From Candidatus Poribacteria bacterium (lineage in GTDB: Bacteria; Poribacteria; WGA-4E; WGA-3G): a DNA stretch of 64,000 bases. Made by a program: the position numbers and the translations under genes. The stretch spans positions 480,001-544,000 of the forward strand of contig OZ240248.1 of assembly GCA_965198235.1 (NCBI GenBank), read 5' to 3'. Numbering within the stretch: position 1 is the stretch's first letter; the number at the start of each line of letters is the position of its first letter. This document shows, one piece after another, positions 9,719-19,714 of this stretch. The notes below the pieces were generated by a model. It saw only the letters and a program-made list of their open reading frames with translations, searched no databases and was not told the DNA's origin.

Positions 9719-9825
9719 CTAACCTCGCCAGAATCGAATGTAGGTTGGCTTCAATTAGAAGTGAACTCAACTCGGCACCGATAGAAATCTAAAAACGGAT
9801 GTTTGTATCTGCCCGTTGCTGTTTT

Positions 9826-10497
9826 TCAAATTCGGTTTCCAACCCACAACGCGCCGCGGCAGATAACTTTCTGAAAACTCGGATTCTCAAGAACTGCCAT
9901 ATCGTGTCCAAGAGCGAAGTAGAACACTCTGCCCTCGCCATACGTATGGTGAAATGCCATGACATGCGTCTCATCTTTTGTCTCGTCATACGCGTGCATG
10001 AGATGGTGTGATGTATCGGGATTGTGCTTTAGATAATAGAGTTCATCCGTCACCCCAAAATCGGCTAATCCTTCGGTAATCGGATGCTCGGTATCGCTCA
10101 CATTAACGGTGAAGTCCATATAGGGGCTGTGTCCATCAAAGAACCCGTTGAGCATACCGTGGTAGCCTTCAGCTTCTCTGAATGAAGCAGCTGCAGTGTG
10201 TAATCCAAAAAACCCGCCGCCCGTTTGGATATAGGTAAGTAGACCGGTTTCTTGTGCTCCTGTGAGTTCCCCGACATCGGTGTAGAAGAGCACGGTGTCG
10301 TATCTGTCAAGTCCATTGGCAAGCAGGTCGTAGTCTTGCGAGAAATCGGCTTCAATATTATCGGTGTCATTGAGCATCGCTGTCAAGAATTGTCCGTTCC
10401 CGGCATGATCGTGGTAAATCCCTTCTGTCCCGACAAATATGAGCAGTTTAAGAGTCTCCATTTTGGCGTAGCTTGCAAGCCAAAACTTGCTATGCAA
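9826..10497 (-). CDS. ThuA domain protein
   Basis: HDH, GGGFFGLHTAAASF, DELY, YGEGRVFYFALGHD; TTG start after AAGGAGG (alternative ATG 10461). Confidence 0.88.
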   Translation of the reverse strand: MHSKFWLASYAKMETLKLLIFVGTEGIYHDHAGNGQFLTAMLNDTDNIEADFSQDYDLLANGLDRYDTVLFYTDVGELTGAQETGLLTYIQTGGGFFGLHTAAASFREAEGYHGMLNGFFDGHSPYMDFTVNVSDTEHPITEGLADFGVTDELYYLKHNPDTSHHLMHAYDETKDETHVMAFHHTYGEGRVFYFALGHDMAVLENPSFQKVICRGALWVGNRI

Positions 10498-10507
10498 ACT
10501 TCCTCCT

Positions 10508-11539
10508 TTAATTGTTAGGTTGCACGAGAACTTTGACAGACCCGTGCTCATCACGACCGGCCGCGACCGCGAACGCTTGTGTAATGTCATCCAGGTTAAA
10601 CCGATGCGTGATCAGTGGATTCGGGTCGAGTTTGCCAGCAGCAAGTAAGTCGATGGCAACTTGGAACTCCGTTTTCCCACCCCGTCTGCCGTAACAGAAC
10701 GACCAGATCACTGTGAGTTCTCTACTCCGTGCGAACCGTTCTGAAAAGGAGAGCGGGGTACGATGCCCGCCTACCATACAAACGCGTCCTCGTTTCGCTG
10801 CGATCTCTGTCGCCTGTCCCAGCGTATTCGCGCTCCCACCAACTGCCTCAAAGACAACATCCGCCCCTCTGCCATCGCTCCAATCCTTGATAGCCTCGAC
10901 AGCATCCGTCTTATCTACGTTGATAGGCACGGCTCCGACTGCCTCGTGTGCGATCTGTATCGGACCCTCCGGCTTGCCCAACATGGCGATGGAGGTCGCC
11001 CCGGCGACATCTGCTACCTGAGCGATCGTCAACCCAACGGGACCGCTTCCGATAATGGCGACATGATCCCCAGGTGATACCATTGCTCTGTTGACGGCAT
11101 GGACTGCGACTGCGTAAACCTCTGCTAATGCGCCACCCTCAGATGATACACTGTCCGGCAATGTGTACACGTTTGGCGTACGGGCGACCATAAACTCCGC
11201 AAAGCCGCCGCCCGCGTGCCGCAGGTTCCCACAGATATTGTAATAGCCATTGAAGCATTCAGGACAGTTGTTACACGGAGTGATCGGTTCAACCGCTACG
11301 CGAGTACCTCTTTCATGCTCTGTAACGCCTCTGCCTATGTCGATAATCTCTCCTGTTAATTCATGTCCACCAATGCGTGGAGATAGAGGCTTCTCTGGTT
11401 GATGATGGTACCCGTGCAGATCGCTACCACAGATCCCTGTTGCTTCTATTTGTACCAACACTTGTCCCTCTTCAGGTGTTGGATCCGGTACCGTTTCGAC
11501 CCTTATGTCTTTTCCACCGTAAAATTGAGCAGCTTTCAC
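10508..11539 (-). CDS. Zinc-binding alcohol dehydrogenase family protein
   Basis: GICGSDLH, GHELTG, CNNCPEC..C, GSGPVG; GTG after AGGAG. Confidence 0.9.
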   Translation of the reverse strand: MKAAQFYGGKDIRVETVPDPTPEEGQVLVQIEATGICGSDLHGYHHQPEKPLSPRIGGHELTGEIIDIGRGVTEHERGTRVAVEPITPCNNCPECFNGYYNICGNLRHAGGGFAEFMVARTPNVYTLPDSVSSEGGALAEVYAVAVHAVNRAMVSPGDHVAIIGSGPVGLTIAQVADVAGATSIAMLGKPEGPIQIAHEAVGAVPINVDKTDAVEAIKDWSDGRGADVVFEAVGGSANTLGQATEIAAKRGRVCMVGGHRTPLSFSERFARSRELTVIWSFCYGRRGGKTEFQVAIDLLAAGKLDPNPLITHRFNLDDITQAFAVAAGRDEHGSVKVLVQPNN

Positions 11540-11800
11540 AATAGTCTCCTCAAATATAATAGTCTGTTTGAAATATAGCACAGAATCGGAATTGTGTCAA
11601 TACCAACTTTGCTGGAGCGTCCTCACTTTGGAGGTTTCCTAACCTTGTCAATCTTCCTTAAAAGATGTATCGAAAGATGTCGTAAGTACAGAGAAAGGTA
11701 AGTCCAATATGTAACCCTATTGGCTGAGAGATTGGAAATTTCGCTTGACTTCTAAAGGAGAAATGGATAAAATCAATAAAATACAATATCTAATGAGGGG

Positions 11801-12865
11801 ATGAAAATGAGAACAATTAAATTAGGTTTGATTGGGGCGGGTGGTATCTCGGGGGCACACTGTCGAACGCTTGCTGAGATTGACGGTGCTGAGATTATCG
11901 CTGCTGCCGACCTTGTCCCTGCAAACCTGGAACGTGCGCAAGAACAGTGGGGCATCAAGCGTACGTTCACTGATTACAACGAAATGCTCAAAATGGACGA
12001 GATTGAGGCGGTGTATGTCTGTACCCCCACTGGCGTGCATGCGGCACCTACCGTCGCCGCGCTGAACGCTGGCAAACATGTTTTCTGCGAGAAGCCGATG
12101 GAAGCGACGTTGGACGCTGCCGCTTCAATGTGGCGTGCCGCAAAAGAAAACGATAAAATCCTCATGGTCGGTTTGAAACTCCGGTATTCACCAGAGGTCG
12201 TTAAAGCGAAAGAGATTGTTGATGCTGGCACCCTTGGTGATATTTACTACGTCGAAACGGTTGCTGATAGACGACGAGGGAATCCGGGTGGCAGTTTTAT
12301 CCGTAAGGCGACAGCCGGTTTAGGCGCGTCTGCAGACATTGGTGTTTACGCACTGGATACCGCTCTCTATCTGATGGGACATCCCAAGCCTGTAGCGGTC
12401 TCTGGTATTACCTCTAACTATCTAAGCCTCCACAACACGTGGAATCCTGCGCTCCGTGAGACCGAAGTTGAAGATTTCGGTGTCGGCTGGGTGGTTTTCG
12501 AGAACGGTGCGCGCATGGTCTTCAAAACGTGCTGGTGCATGAACATGGATTCGCTCGGCGGGACGATTTTCCTTGGTAAAAAAGCAGGACTCCGCCTTGG
12601 TATTGGCGAAGTCCGCGGGCCGCAGGACGGTGTACGCGTCTATGGCGACAAAAACGGTGAAATTTTTGACCAAGAGTTCACCGAGTTTGAATCGGTGAGT
12701 GTATTCCATGAGGAAGATACGGCGTTTATTGACGCTGTCCGTGAAGGAAAACCTGCACCGATCGATCCTTACGGTGTGATGCTCACGAACGTTATCATCC
12801 AAGGCGTTATCGATTCTTCAAATGCCGGCGGACGCGAAGTCGCAGTGAAGGTGCCGACCTTGTAA
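11801..12865 (+). CDS. Gfo/Idh/MocA family oxidoreductase
   Basis: LIGAGGI, GKHVFCEKP, DIGVYALD. Confidence 0.9.
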   Translation: MKMRTIKLGLIGAGGISGAHCRTLAEIDGAEIIAAADLVPANLERAQEQWGIKRTFTDYNEMLKMDEIEAVYVCTPTGVHAAPTVAALNAGKHVFCEKPMEATLDAAASMWRAAKENDKILMVGLKLRYSPEVVKAKEIVDAGTLGDIYYVETVADRRRGNPGGSFIRKATAGLGASADIGVYALDTALYLMGHPKPVAVSGITSNYLSLHNTWNPALRETEVEDFGVGWVVFENGARMVFKTCWCMNMDSLGGTIFLGKKAGLRLGIGEVRGPQDGVRVYGDKNGEIFDQEFTEFESVSVFHEEDTAFIDAVREGKPAPIDPYGVMLTNVIIQGVIDSSNAGGREVAVKVPTL

Positions 12866-13091
12866 TATTGTTGGGCGAGGTCTTCGTGTCTTGCTTCCTC
12901 GTCCGGTATTTGTTGGACTATCCTTTTTCACCCTTGCAGACTCTATATGTACGGATGTACGAAAATAGTGAGACGAGGTTTGCAAGCCGATATTCAACCG
13001 TAACCCACGCTTTGGCGTGGAATACTGCAAGCTTGTTCCTTTTCATGTAACAGGCGAGATATTTCCCGTAGAAGCGCGGAGGTCCTTCAGA

Positions 13092-14183
13092 ATGAAATTT
13101 ATTGAGATTGCAGGTAAGAAAATCAAATTAGGATCTCGACTGGCGCGGTTATACGCGCTCTTCATAGATTTTACCTGCCTATCTGTCATCCAAATAATTT
13201 CGCTCTGTTTGATGCGGCTGATAGCACATATTATTTCTCCGTCAATGTGGGATCGTCCGGAAGGTGCTTGGCAAGGCTTCATATTAGGAACTTTCGTTTT
13301 TAGCAGCTTGGCTTTGTGGGCATTCGGTTTGCTTTTCATAGATGGTTTCAGGAAGGGGCAAGGGTTAGGAAAGAAACTGCTGTCCTTACAGGTGATTCGC
13401 TTGAAAGACGGCAAACCGTGTACTTTCAAAGATGCTTTCATTCGCCGGTTCGCAGGCATCTTTCAACCGCTGGATTTTTTCTGGACCCTCGGTAAAAAAC
13501 GGCAACGGTTGGGTGATAAGTTGGCAGAGACGGTAGTGGTGAAACATGAGCCGGAACTGGAACAGACTGAAGCTGAAACCGAAGATCTTGAGCAGATTTT
13601 AGAAAATACTATCGTTGAGATGAAAAACCGGCTTTCAGAAGCGCGCGGAAAGGTTAATGCTTCTATCAGTGTTGAAAAGCAATTTCAGGATACTTATGAA
13701 AGTGCTGTTTCCCAAGCGGAGCGGTGGCAAGAGCGCGCACTTATTTCCCTTAAAGCCGGACGTGAGGATTTAGCACGCGAAGACTTGGAAAAACGAAACG
13801 AGTACAGGCGGTTAGCAGATAAACACAAAAAGCAATGGGAAGACCAGAAACAGATTGTCCAAGAACTTAGCAACCTTCTTGAGCATTTCCAACAGAAAAT
13901 GATGGAGGCGGAAGGAGAGAAAGCCGCCGTCGTAGCGAAACACAGGAACATTGATGCCGAAGCACATCTCCGCGAGATGCTGAAAGAGATACAGGACAGT
14001 AAAGCATTTGAAACGCTTGCGAAGATGGATCAAGACGCGACTGAGGCAGCCACTTTGGCAAAAACGGCGGCTGAGGTGGATGTCGCATATCAGGATGCGA
14101 AATTGGAGCGCGAATTTTCGAGTTATGCTGAAGAGGCATCGCTTGACAAGGACCTCACTGAATTAAAGGCGAAATTACAGTAG
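13092..14183 (+). CDS. RDD domain-PspA/IM30 fusion protein
   Basis: RDD: RLYALFID, GQGLGKKLLSLQV, QRLGDKLAETVVV; PspA: WQERALISLKAGREDLAREDL; GGAGG RBS. Confidence 0.85.
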   Translation: MKFIEIAGKKIKLGSRLARLYALFIDFTCLSVIQIISLCLMRLIAHIISPSMWDRPEGAWQGFILGTFVFSSLALWAFGLLFIDGFRKGQGLGKKLLSLQVIRLKDGKPCTFKDAFIRRFAGIFQPLDFFWTLGKKRQRLGDKLAETVVVKHEPELEQTEAETEDLEQILENTIVEMKNRLSEARGKVNASISVEKQFQDTYESAVSQAERWQERALISLKAGREDLAREDLEKRNEYRRLADKHKKQWEDQKQIVQELSNLLEHFQQKMMEAEGEKAAVVAKHRNIDAEAHLREMLKEIQDSKAFETLAKMDQDATEAATLAKTAAEVDVAYQDAKLEREFSSYAEEASLDKDLTELKAKLQ

Positions 14184-14221
14184 GCGTGATCTATAATCGC
14201 CAGACCCTTTCAGGAATTATA

Positions 14222-15694
14222 ATGGATATATACAGTTCTCCAAATATTGTCTTTATCATGGCAGACGATATGGGATACGGTGATGTCGGTTGCTATAACC
14301 CCGATTCAAAGATTCCGACCCCGAATATGGATAAACTTGCGCAGGAGGGAATCCGCTTCACCGATGCGCACTCCCCCTCTGCAGTCTGTACGCCGACACG
14401 ATACGGGGTTTTAACGGGACGGTACTGCTGGCGAAGCCGCCTCAAACACGGCGTGCTTTACGGGTACGAGACACCCCTTATCGAACCTGACCGCTTAACA
14501 GTTCCTCAATTACTGAAAGATGCGGGTTACAATACTGCATGCGTGGGTAAGTGGCATTTGGGTCTCGGATTTTCGACGGTTCCCGGATACGATTTCGATT
14601 TCAATGCGCCGCTGCCGTGGCAGAACGCAGAACGTGAATTGGAAGAACATATCGACTTCACAGCACCATTAACCGGCGGTCCAGTAGATCTCGGCTTTGA
14701 CTATTTCTATGGAAACGCCGGTTGCCCGACCTGCCAACCCCCTTACGGCTTCATTGAGAACGATACGTTTGTCGAGATTCCGAGCGTCTATCATGAGGTG
14801 CCAGAGTTTACGAGCCGCCGTGGAATGATGGTCCCAGAATGGGAGCACAAAGATGCTGATCCGATTATCGCGCAGAAGGCGGTTGAATATATTGAGAGAC
14901 AATCCGATGCCGACACCCCTTTCTTCCTCTATCTGACTCCGTCCGCGCCACATGAACCTTGTACAGAAGCGGTCGTTCCAGATTTCGCACGTGGCAAAAG
15001 TAGTGCTGGTCCGCGCGGGGATTTGGTGTGGCTTGTCGATTGGATGGTAGGTGAGGTAATGGATGCGTTAGAACGTACCGGTAAAACCGATGAAACGCTT
15101 ATCTTCGTCACAAGTGATAACGGCGCATTGCCCGGCGACCGAATCCAAGGCGACAATAGTCCAATGCCGTATCACCTCTATGACCATAAGTCATGCAGCG
15201 ACTGGCGCGGCTACAAGGCGCATATCTGGGAAGGTGGACATCGTGAACCTTTGATTGCGCGCTGGCCCGGAGTTATCGCACCAAACACGCAAACCGACGC
15301 ATTAACTTGTCTCACGGACCTGATGGCGACGTGTGCCGCTATTGTTGGGACAGAAGTCCCCGACGATGCGGGACAGGACAGTTGTAATGTCTTGCCTGCG
15401 CTGTTAGATGAAAAGACAGAGAACCCCTTGCGGGAGGCTATCGTACATCACTCCAGTACCGGTGTTTTTTCTATCCGTCACGGCGCGTGGAAGTTGATTC
15501 TGGGAACGCAAGGTTCAGGTGGGTGGCCTCCACCGCGCGATGGAGGTCCGAAATCGGATGTCCCAGGGCAATTGTATCAGATTTACGAGGATCCGGGTGA
15601 AGCAAACAATGTATGGGAAATATATCCAGAGATTGTGGAACGCCTGACGGGGTTGCTGGAAAAATTTCAGCGAGATGGACACAGTCGGATGTGA
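14222..15694 (+). CDS. Arylsulfatase
   Basis: PNIVFIMADDMGYGD, CTPTRYGVLTGRY, GKWHLG, SDNG. Confidence 0.93.
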   Translation: MDIYSSPNIVFIMADDMGYGDVGCYNPDSKIPTPNMDKLAQEGIRFTDAHSPSAVCTPTRYGVLTGRYCWRSRLKHGVLYGYETPLIEPDRLTVPQLLKDAGYNTACVGKWHLGLGFSTVPGYDFDFNAPLPWQNAERELEEHIDFTAPLTGGPVDLGFDYFYGNAGCPTCQPPYGFIENDTFVEIPSVYHEVPEFTSRRGMMVPEWEHKDADPIIAQKAVEYIERQSDADTPFFLYLTPSAPHEPCTEAVVPDFARGKSSAGPRGDLVWLVDWMVGEVMDALERTGKTDETLIFVTSDNGALPGDRIQGDNSPMPYHLYDHKSCSDWRGYKAHIWEGGHREPLIARWPGVIAPNTQTDALTCLTDLMATCAAIVGTEVPDDAGQDSCNVLPALLDEKTENPLREAIVHHSSTGVFSIRHGAWKLILGTQGSGGWPPPRDGGPKSDVPGQLYQIYEDPGEANNVWEIYPEIVERLTGLLEKFQRDGHSRM

Positions 15695-15714
15695 GTATTC
15701 TACACAGATGTTGA

Positions 15715-15815
15715 AGAAATCCACAGAAATACCCAAGCAATACGCAGAAATCCGCAGAAATCCGCAGAAACACCCAAGCAAAAACCCCTATCAAAAACCC
15801 CAAGCAAAAACCCCC
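15715..15815. repeat. Low-complexity tandem repeats (GCAGAAATCC and CCCAAGCAAAAA units)
   Basis: Degenerate 10-14 nt units visible directly. Confidence 0.7.
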
Positions 15816-15831
15816 GCTGGGGCTTAGCGGA

Positions 15832-15860
15832 ATTATACTTTCAAATCAACGAAAAGTCAA
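15832..15860 (-). promoter_or_regulatory. Orphan sigma70-like promoter pointing antisense into the sulfatase
   Basis: TTGACT-17-TATAAT on the minus strand. Confidence 0.5.
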
Positions 15861-15959
15861 ACTAAAGTCCAGAGAACGCAACCAAACCCGTATCTATTGG
15901 ACAAGGTCCCCGTGCCTTAGTCCAATAAACTTTATGAGATAGTTTGAGGAACAAAGACT

Positions 15960-16796
15960 ATGGAAACCACTACGACACTTGATTCACTCTTTCGATTATC
16001 TGGTCCGTCGCAGGCGGATATCGATTCTTTTCATAACGATGGCTACATCGCGTATCCAGATGTGTTCACGGACGACGGCAGAGAAGGATTGATTGAGGAA
16101 ATCACACAGCGTTTTGAACCGACACGTCAGTTCATTGAGGCATTGAATAATGGTAACCAACAAGAACGCTCTTATTTTATTCGTCCATGGAACGATCGCG
16201 GTGCCTACAGCGATCAGCTTATCGACGACCCTTTCATTACGGCACTGATACGCGCAACTATCGGTGACGCATACCACTTCTGCCACTCTGCGCTCAACAT
16301 CGCACCCCGTGGTGTCGGTCCACTTGGATACCACCAGGACCATCACCATTGGAAGCATGAGAACCCTGTTAACCTCGTGGAACGCGATAACTACTATATA
16401 CAGATTCTGTACTACCCGAACGGTTTTACACGCGGCGATCGGAATCTCAAAGTTATATCGGGCAGCCATAAGGTTGCTCCGACAAAAGAAGCGACACCCG
16501 AACGGATGCTTGCAGGCGATTTCGACGGAGAAGCTGGACGTAAACTGGAAGAGAAACGGCTTGAATTGCCACCGGGCAGCATGGTCTACATTAATGCCCG
16601 CATCTTCCACGGAGTAGAAACGAAGCCTGTGGACTCACCGCAACTCTATCGTATCTTCGCTATTGACATTTTCAAGGAAGCGGGGCCGCCGCACCGCTAC
16701 ACGCAAGAAATCCCGGCGGAATGGATCGAACGCGCTTCCCCAGAACGTAAGAAGCTGTTTATTCGCGACGCTTATACAGAAGGGTGTTGGAAGTGA
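15960..16796 (+). CDS. Phytanoyl-CoA dioxygenase (PhyH) family
   Basis: F..DGY start, YHQD, SGSHK, IFHGV facial triad. Confidence 0.85.
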   Translation: METTTTLDSLFRLSGPSQADIDSFHNDGYIAYPDVFTDDGREGLIEEITQRFEPTRQFIEALNNGNQQERSYFIRPWNDRGAYSDQLIDDPFITALIRATIGDAYHFCHSALNIAPRGVGPLGYHQDHHHWKHENPVNLVERDNYYIQILYYPNGFTRGDRNLKVISGSHKVAPTKEATPERMLAGDFDGEAGRKLEEKRLELPPGSMVYINARIFHGVETKPVDSPQLYRIFAIDIFKEAGPPHRYTQEIPAEWIERASPERKKLFIRDAYTEGCWK

Positions 16797-16937
16797 TACC
16801 ATCCACTACCTAAAGGTAGGGAATTTGACGGAAAGCGTGTTAAACTCGCTACACAAGATTTTTTTAATGACTCCTGTGATTCTATTGACTTAAATCACTG
16901 TTTGGGGTACAATCGTTGCCAAAAACAGGGAGTCATA

Positions 16938-18548
16938 ATGAGCACACCAGATCGCCCGAACATTCTTTGGATATCTTTAGAGGATACGACCCCACGCTTC
17001 GGTTGTTACGGGGATACGCTTGCGCGGACACCGAATATTGACCGACTTGCTGCTGGCGGCTGTCGGTTTCCGAATGCGTTCTCGACTGCTGGTGTCTGTG
17101 CACCGAGCCGCTCCGCGATCATTACCGGCATGTACCAGACCTCCATTGGTACGCATCACATGCGCACCGCCCATACAAATCAAAACACGCCTGACATGCC
17201 GACCCCATATTCTGCAGTTCCGCCACCCTATGTCAAGACCTTTACTGAATATCTCAGGGGTGCGGGCTATTATTGCACGAACAACAGCAAGACCGATTAT
17301 CAGTTTACACCGCCAATCACGGCTTGGGACGAGTGTAACAACACTGCGCATTGGCGAAATCGTGAAGCGGGGCAATCCTTCTTTTCGGTCTTCAATCCGA
17401 CTGTAACGCACGAGAGCGGTATGTGGGAACGGGAGGATCGCCCGTTGACCACAACTACGAATCCGGATGACGTGCAGTTACCGCCCTATCTACCGGATAC
17501 ACCAAAAGCACGGCAGGCGTTGGCACGTCAATACGATAATCTCGCCACCGCCGATGCCCGCGTCGGTGAGTTGCTTGATCAGTTGGAAGAAGATGGACTT
17601 GCGGAGAACACGATCGTCTTTCTCTGGAGCGATCACGGCGAAGGACTTCCTCGCGGCAAACGGTGGCCCTACGACGCTGGTATTCGTATCCCGTTGATTG
17701 TGCGCGGGCACGATTCGCTTTCTGCTGGCAGTTCCAGTGAGCAGCTCGTGAGTCTGATTGATCTCGGTCCAACGGTGCTATCACTTTGCGGCGTGCAAGC
17801 ACCGGAACACCTACAGGGACAACCCTTCCTCGGACCGGAGAAGATGGAACGCGACTATATCTTCGCGACCCGCGACCGTTACGACGAATCTTATGATATG
17901 GTCCGTGCTGTGCGTGACAAGCGGTATAAATACATCAGAAATTATTATCCTGAAAAACCGTATCTGCTCTGGATTCCCTACCGTAATCGCCACCCGATCA
18001 TGCAGGAGATGTGGCGGTTGTATGCCGCAGGCGAGTTGGAAGGTGATCAGGCAGTCATGTTCCGTTGTCCGCGCCCCGCTGAAGAACTTTACGATGTTGA
18101 AGATGACCGGTATGAACTCAACAATTTAGCAGCGGATGCTGAGCATCAAGATGCCCTGGAACGGATGCGCGGCGCGTTGACGCAGTGGCAGTCCGAATTT
18201 GGAGACATGGGGGATATCCCGGAAGAGCAGATGGTCGCGAAGTGGTATCCTGATGGTACACAGCCACAAACGGCGGCTCCGATTTTTATTCCGATTAACG
18301 CCGAACATCCCGGTATGGAGGTAACCCACGAGGATGGCGAATGGGCGGCTCCGCTTGTTTTACAACTTCACTGCTCCACGCAAGGCGCGTCTATCGCCTA
18401 TACGATGGAGCAAGGGGACGATGCACGTTGGCAACTGTATACCGACCCACTGCGTCTATCGAAAGGCGAAACCGCCGTGCGCGCAAAAGCGATCCGCATC
18501 GGCTATCATGAAAGTGAAGAGAAAACGATTCATCTCAAAGTTTCATAA
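16938..18548 (+). CDS. Sulfatase with C-terminal Fn3-associated/chitobiase-like domain
   Basis: RPNILW, CAPSRSAIITG, SDHG; C-terminal CSTQGASIAYT...LYTDP...VRAKAIRIGY. Confidence 0.9.
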   Translation: MSTPDRPNILWISLEDTTPRFGCYGDTLARTPNIDRLAAGGCRFPNAFSTAGVCAPSRSAIITGMYQTSIGTHHMRTAHTNQNTPDMPTPYSAVPPPYVKTFTEYLRGAGYYCTNNSKTDYQFTPPITAWDECNNTAHWRNREAGQSFFSVFNPTVTHESGMWEREDRPLTTTTNPDDVQLPPYLPDTPKARQALARQYDNLATADARVGELLDQLEEDGLAENTIVFLWSDHGEGLPRGKRWPYDAGIRIPLIVRGHDSLSAGSSSEQLVSLIDLGPTVLSLCGVQAPEHLQGQPFLGPEKMERDYIFATRDRYDESYDMVRAVRDKRYKYIRNYYPEKPYLLWIPYRNRHPIMQEMWRLYAAGELEGDQAVMFRCPRPAEELYDVEDDRYELNNLAADAEHQDALERMRGALTQWQSEFGDMGDIPEEQMVAKWYPDGTQPQTAAPIFIPINAEHPGMEVTHEDGEWAAPLVLQLHCSTQGASIAYTMEQGDDARWQLYTDPLRLSKGETAVRAKAIRIGYHESEEKTIHLKVS

Positions 18549-18562
18549 GGAGATTACTAATA

Positions 18563-19657
18563 ATGGCGCAACAGAACAGCCAAGATTATTTCGTTTATGT
18601 CGGGACCTATACACACGGAGATAGCGAAGGGATTTACGTCTACCGCTTAGACGGAGCGACTGGTGCCTTAGCATATAGCAGCAAGATGACAGGCATTGAG
18701 AATCCATCGTTTCTGGAGATACACCCGAGTGGACAGTATCTCTTTGCTGTCAATGAACTGGGCGAGTTTGAGGGTGAAGATAGTGGCGCGGTCACAGCGT
18801 TTTACATTCATAAAGAAACAGGGGAGATTAGTTACCTCAACCAACGTGCTACCGGTGGTGGTGCTCCGTGTCATCTGAGCGTGGACGCTACCGGCAAATG
18901 CCTGCTCGTGGCAAACTACGGAGGTGGAAGCGTTACTGCTTTCCCCATAGCGTCGGATGGCAGGCTCGGTGAAGCCTCGGATTTTGTGCAGCATCAGGGA
19001 TCCAGCATCAATCCGCAACGGCAGATGGAACCTCACGCACACTCAATTATGATCGACCCGGGCAATCGTTATGCCTTTGCACCTGATTTGGGACTTGATA
19101 AAGTTCTCATCTATCAATTAGATGCGGAAAACGGAACGCTCACGCCTAACACGCAACCGTGGGCACGCGTGCAACCGGGCGCGGGACCGCGGCATTTCGA
19201 TTTCCATCCGAACGGACAGTACGCATACGTGATTAACGAGATAGATTCTACTTTCACTGCTTTTCGGTACGACGCGAGCGCGGGAACGCTGGCTGAATTC
19301 CAGACAGTCTCCACGCTTCCCGAGAATTTCGATGGCACCAGTCATTGTGCCGATATCCACGTTCATCCTTCTGGAAAATTCTTGTACGGGTCGAACCGGG
19401 GACATGATAGCATTGCGATTTGCACGATTGATTCAGAGACGGGAATGCTGAGTCCCATCGGTTATGAGTCAACGCAAGGCCAAACACCGCGGAATTTCGG
19501 GTTGAATCCAGAAGGGACGTTCCTTTTTGCCGCTAACCAACAGACCGATACGGTTGTCACGTTCGCAATTGACGCTGAAACTGGCGAATTAAATGCGACA
19601 GGAGACGTAGCAGAGGTGCCGGCACCGGTCTGTTTGAAGATGCTACCGTGTGCTTAG
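18563..19657 (+). CDS. pgl: Lactonase family protein (6-phosphogluconolactonase-like beta-propeller)
   Basis: YVGTYT, NPSFL, ANYGGG, PHAH, GPRH, SNRGHD, TPRNF. Confidence 0.88.
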   Translation: MAQQNSQDYFVYVGTYTHGDSEGIYVYRLDGATGALAYSSKMTGIENPSFLEIHPSGQYLFAVNELGEFEGEDSGAVTAFYIHKETGEISYLNQRATGGGAPCHLSVDATGKCLLVANYGGGSVTAFPIASDGRLGEASDFVQHQGSSINPQRQMEPHAHSIMIDPGNRYAFAPDLGLDKVLIYQLDAENGTLTPNTQPWARVQPGAGPRHFDFHPNGQYAYVINEIDSTFTAFRYDASAGTLAEFQTVSTLPENFDGTSHCADIHVHPSGKFLYGSNRGHDSIAICTIDSETGMLSPIGYESTQGQTPRNFGLNPEGTFLFAANQQTDTVVTFAIDAETGELNATGDVAEVPAPVCLKMLPCA

Positions 19658-19668
19658 TTTTTACGACG

Positions 19669-19694
19669 ACGGGCGGCGTTCCCTGCCCGCCCGT
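19669..19694. terminator. GC-rich hairpin between convergent genes
   Basis: ACGGGCGG/CCGCCCGT stem. Confidence 0.45.
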
Positions 19695-19714
19695 TATACA
19701 CGCGGTTTTTTACG

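Noticed and set aside
15471-15803. Hydrophobic minus-strand ORFs as type I toxin candidates
   Set aside because: Hydrophobicity comes from the G/T-rich repeat; no RBS; they overlap the sulfatase
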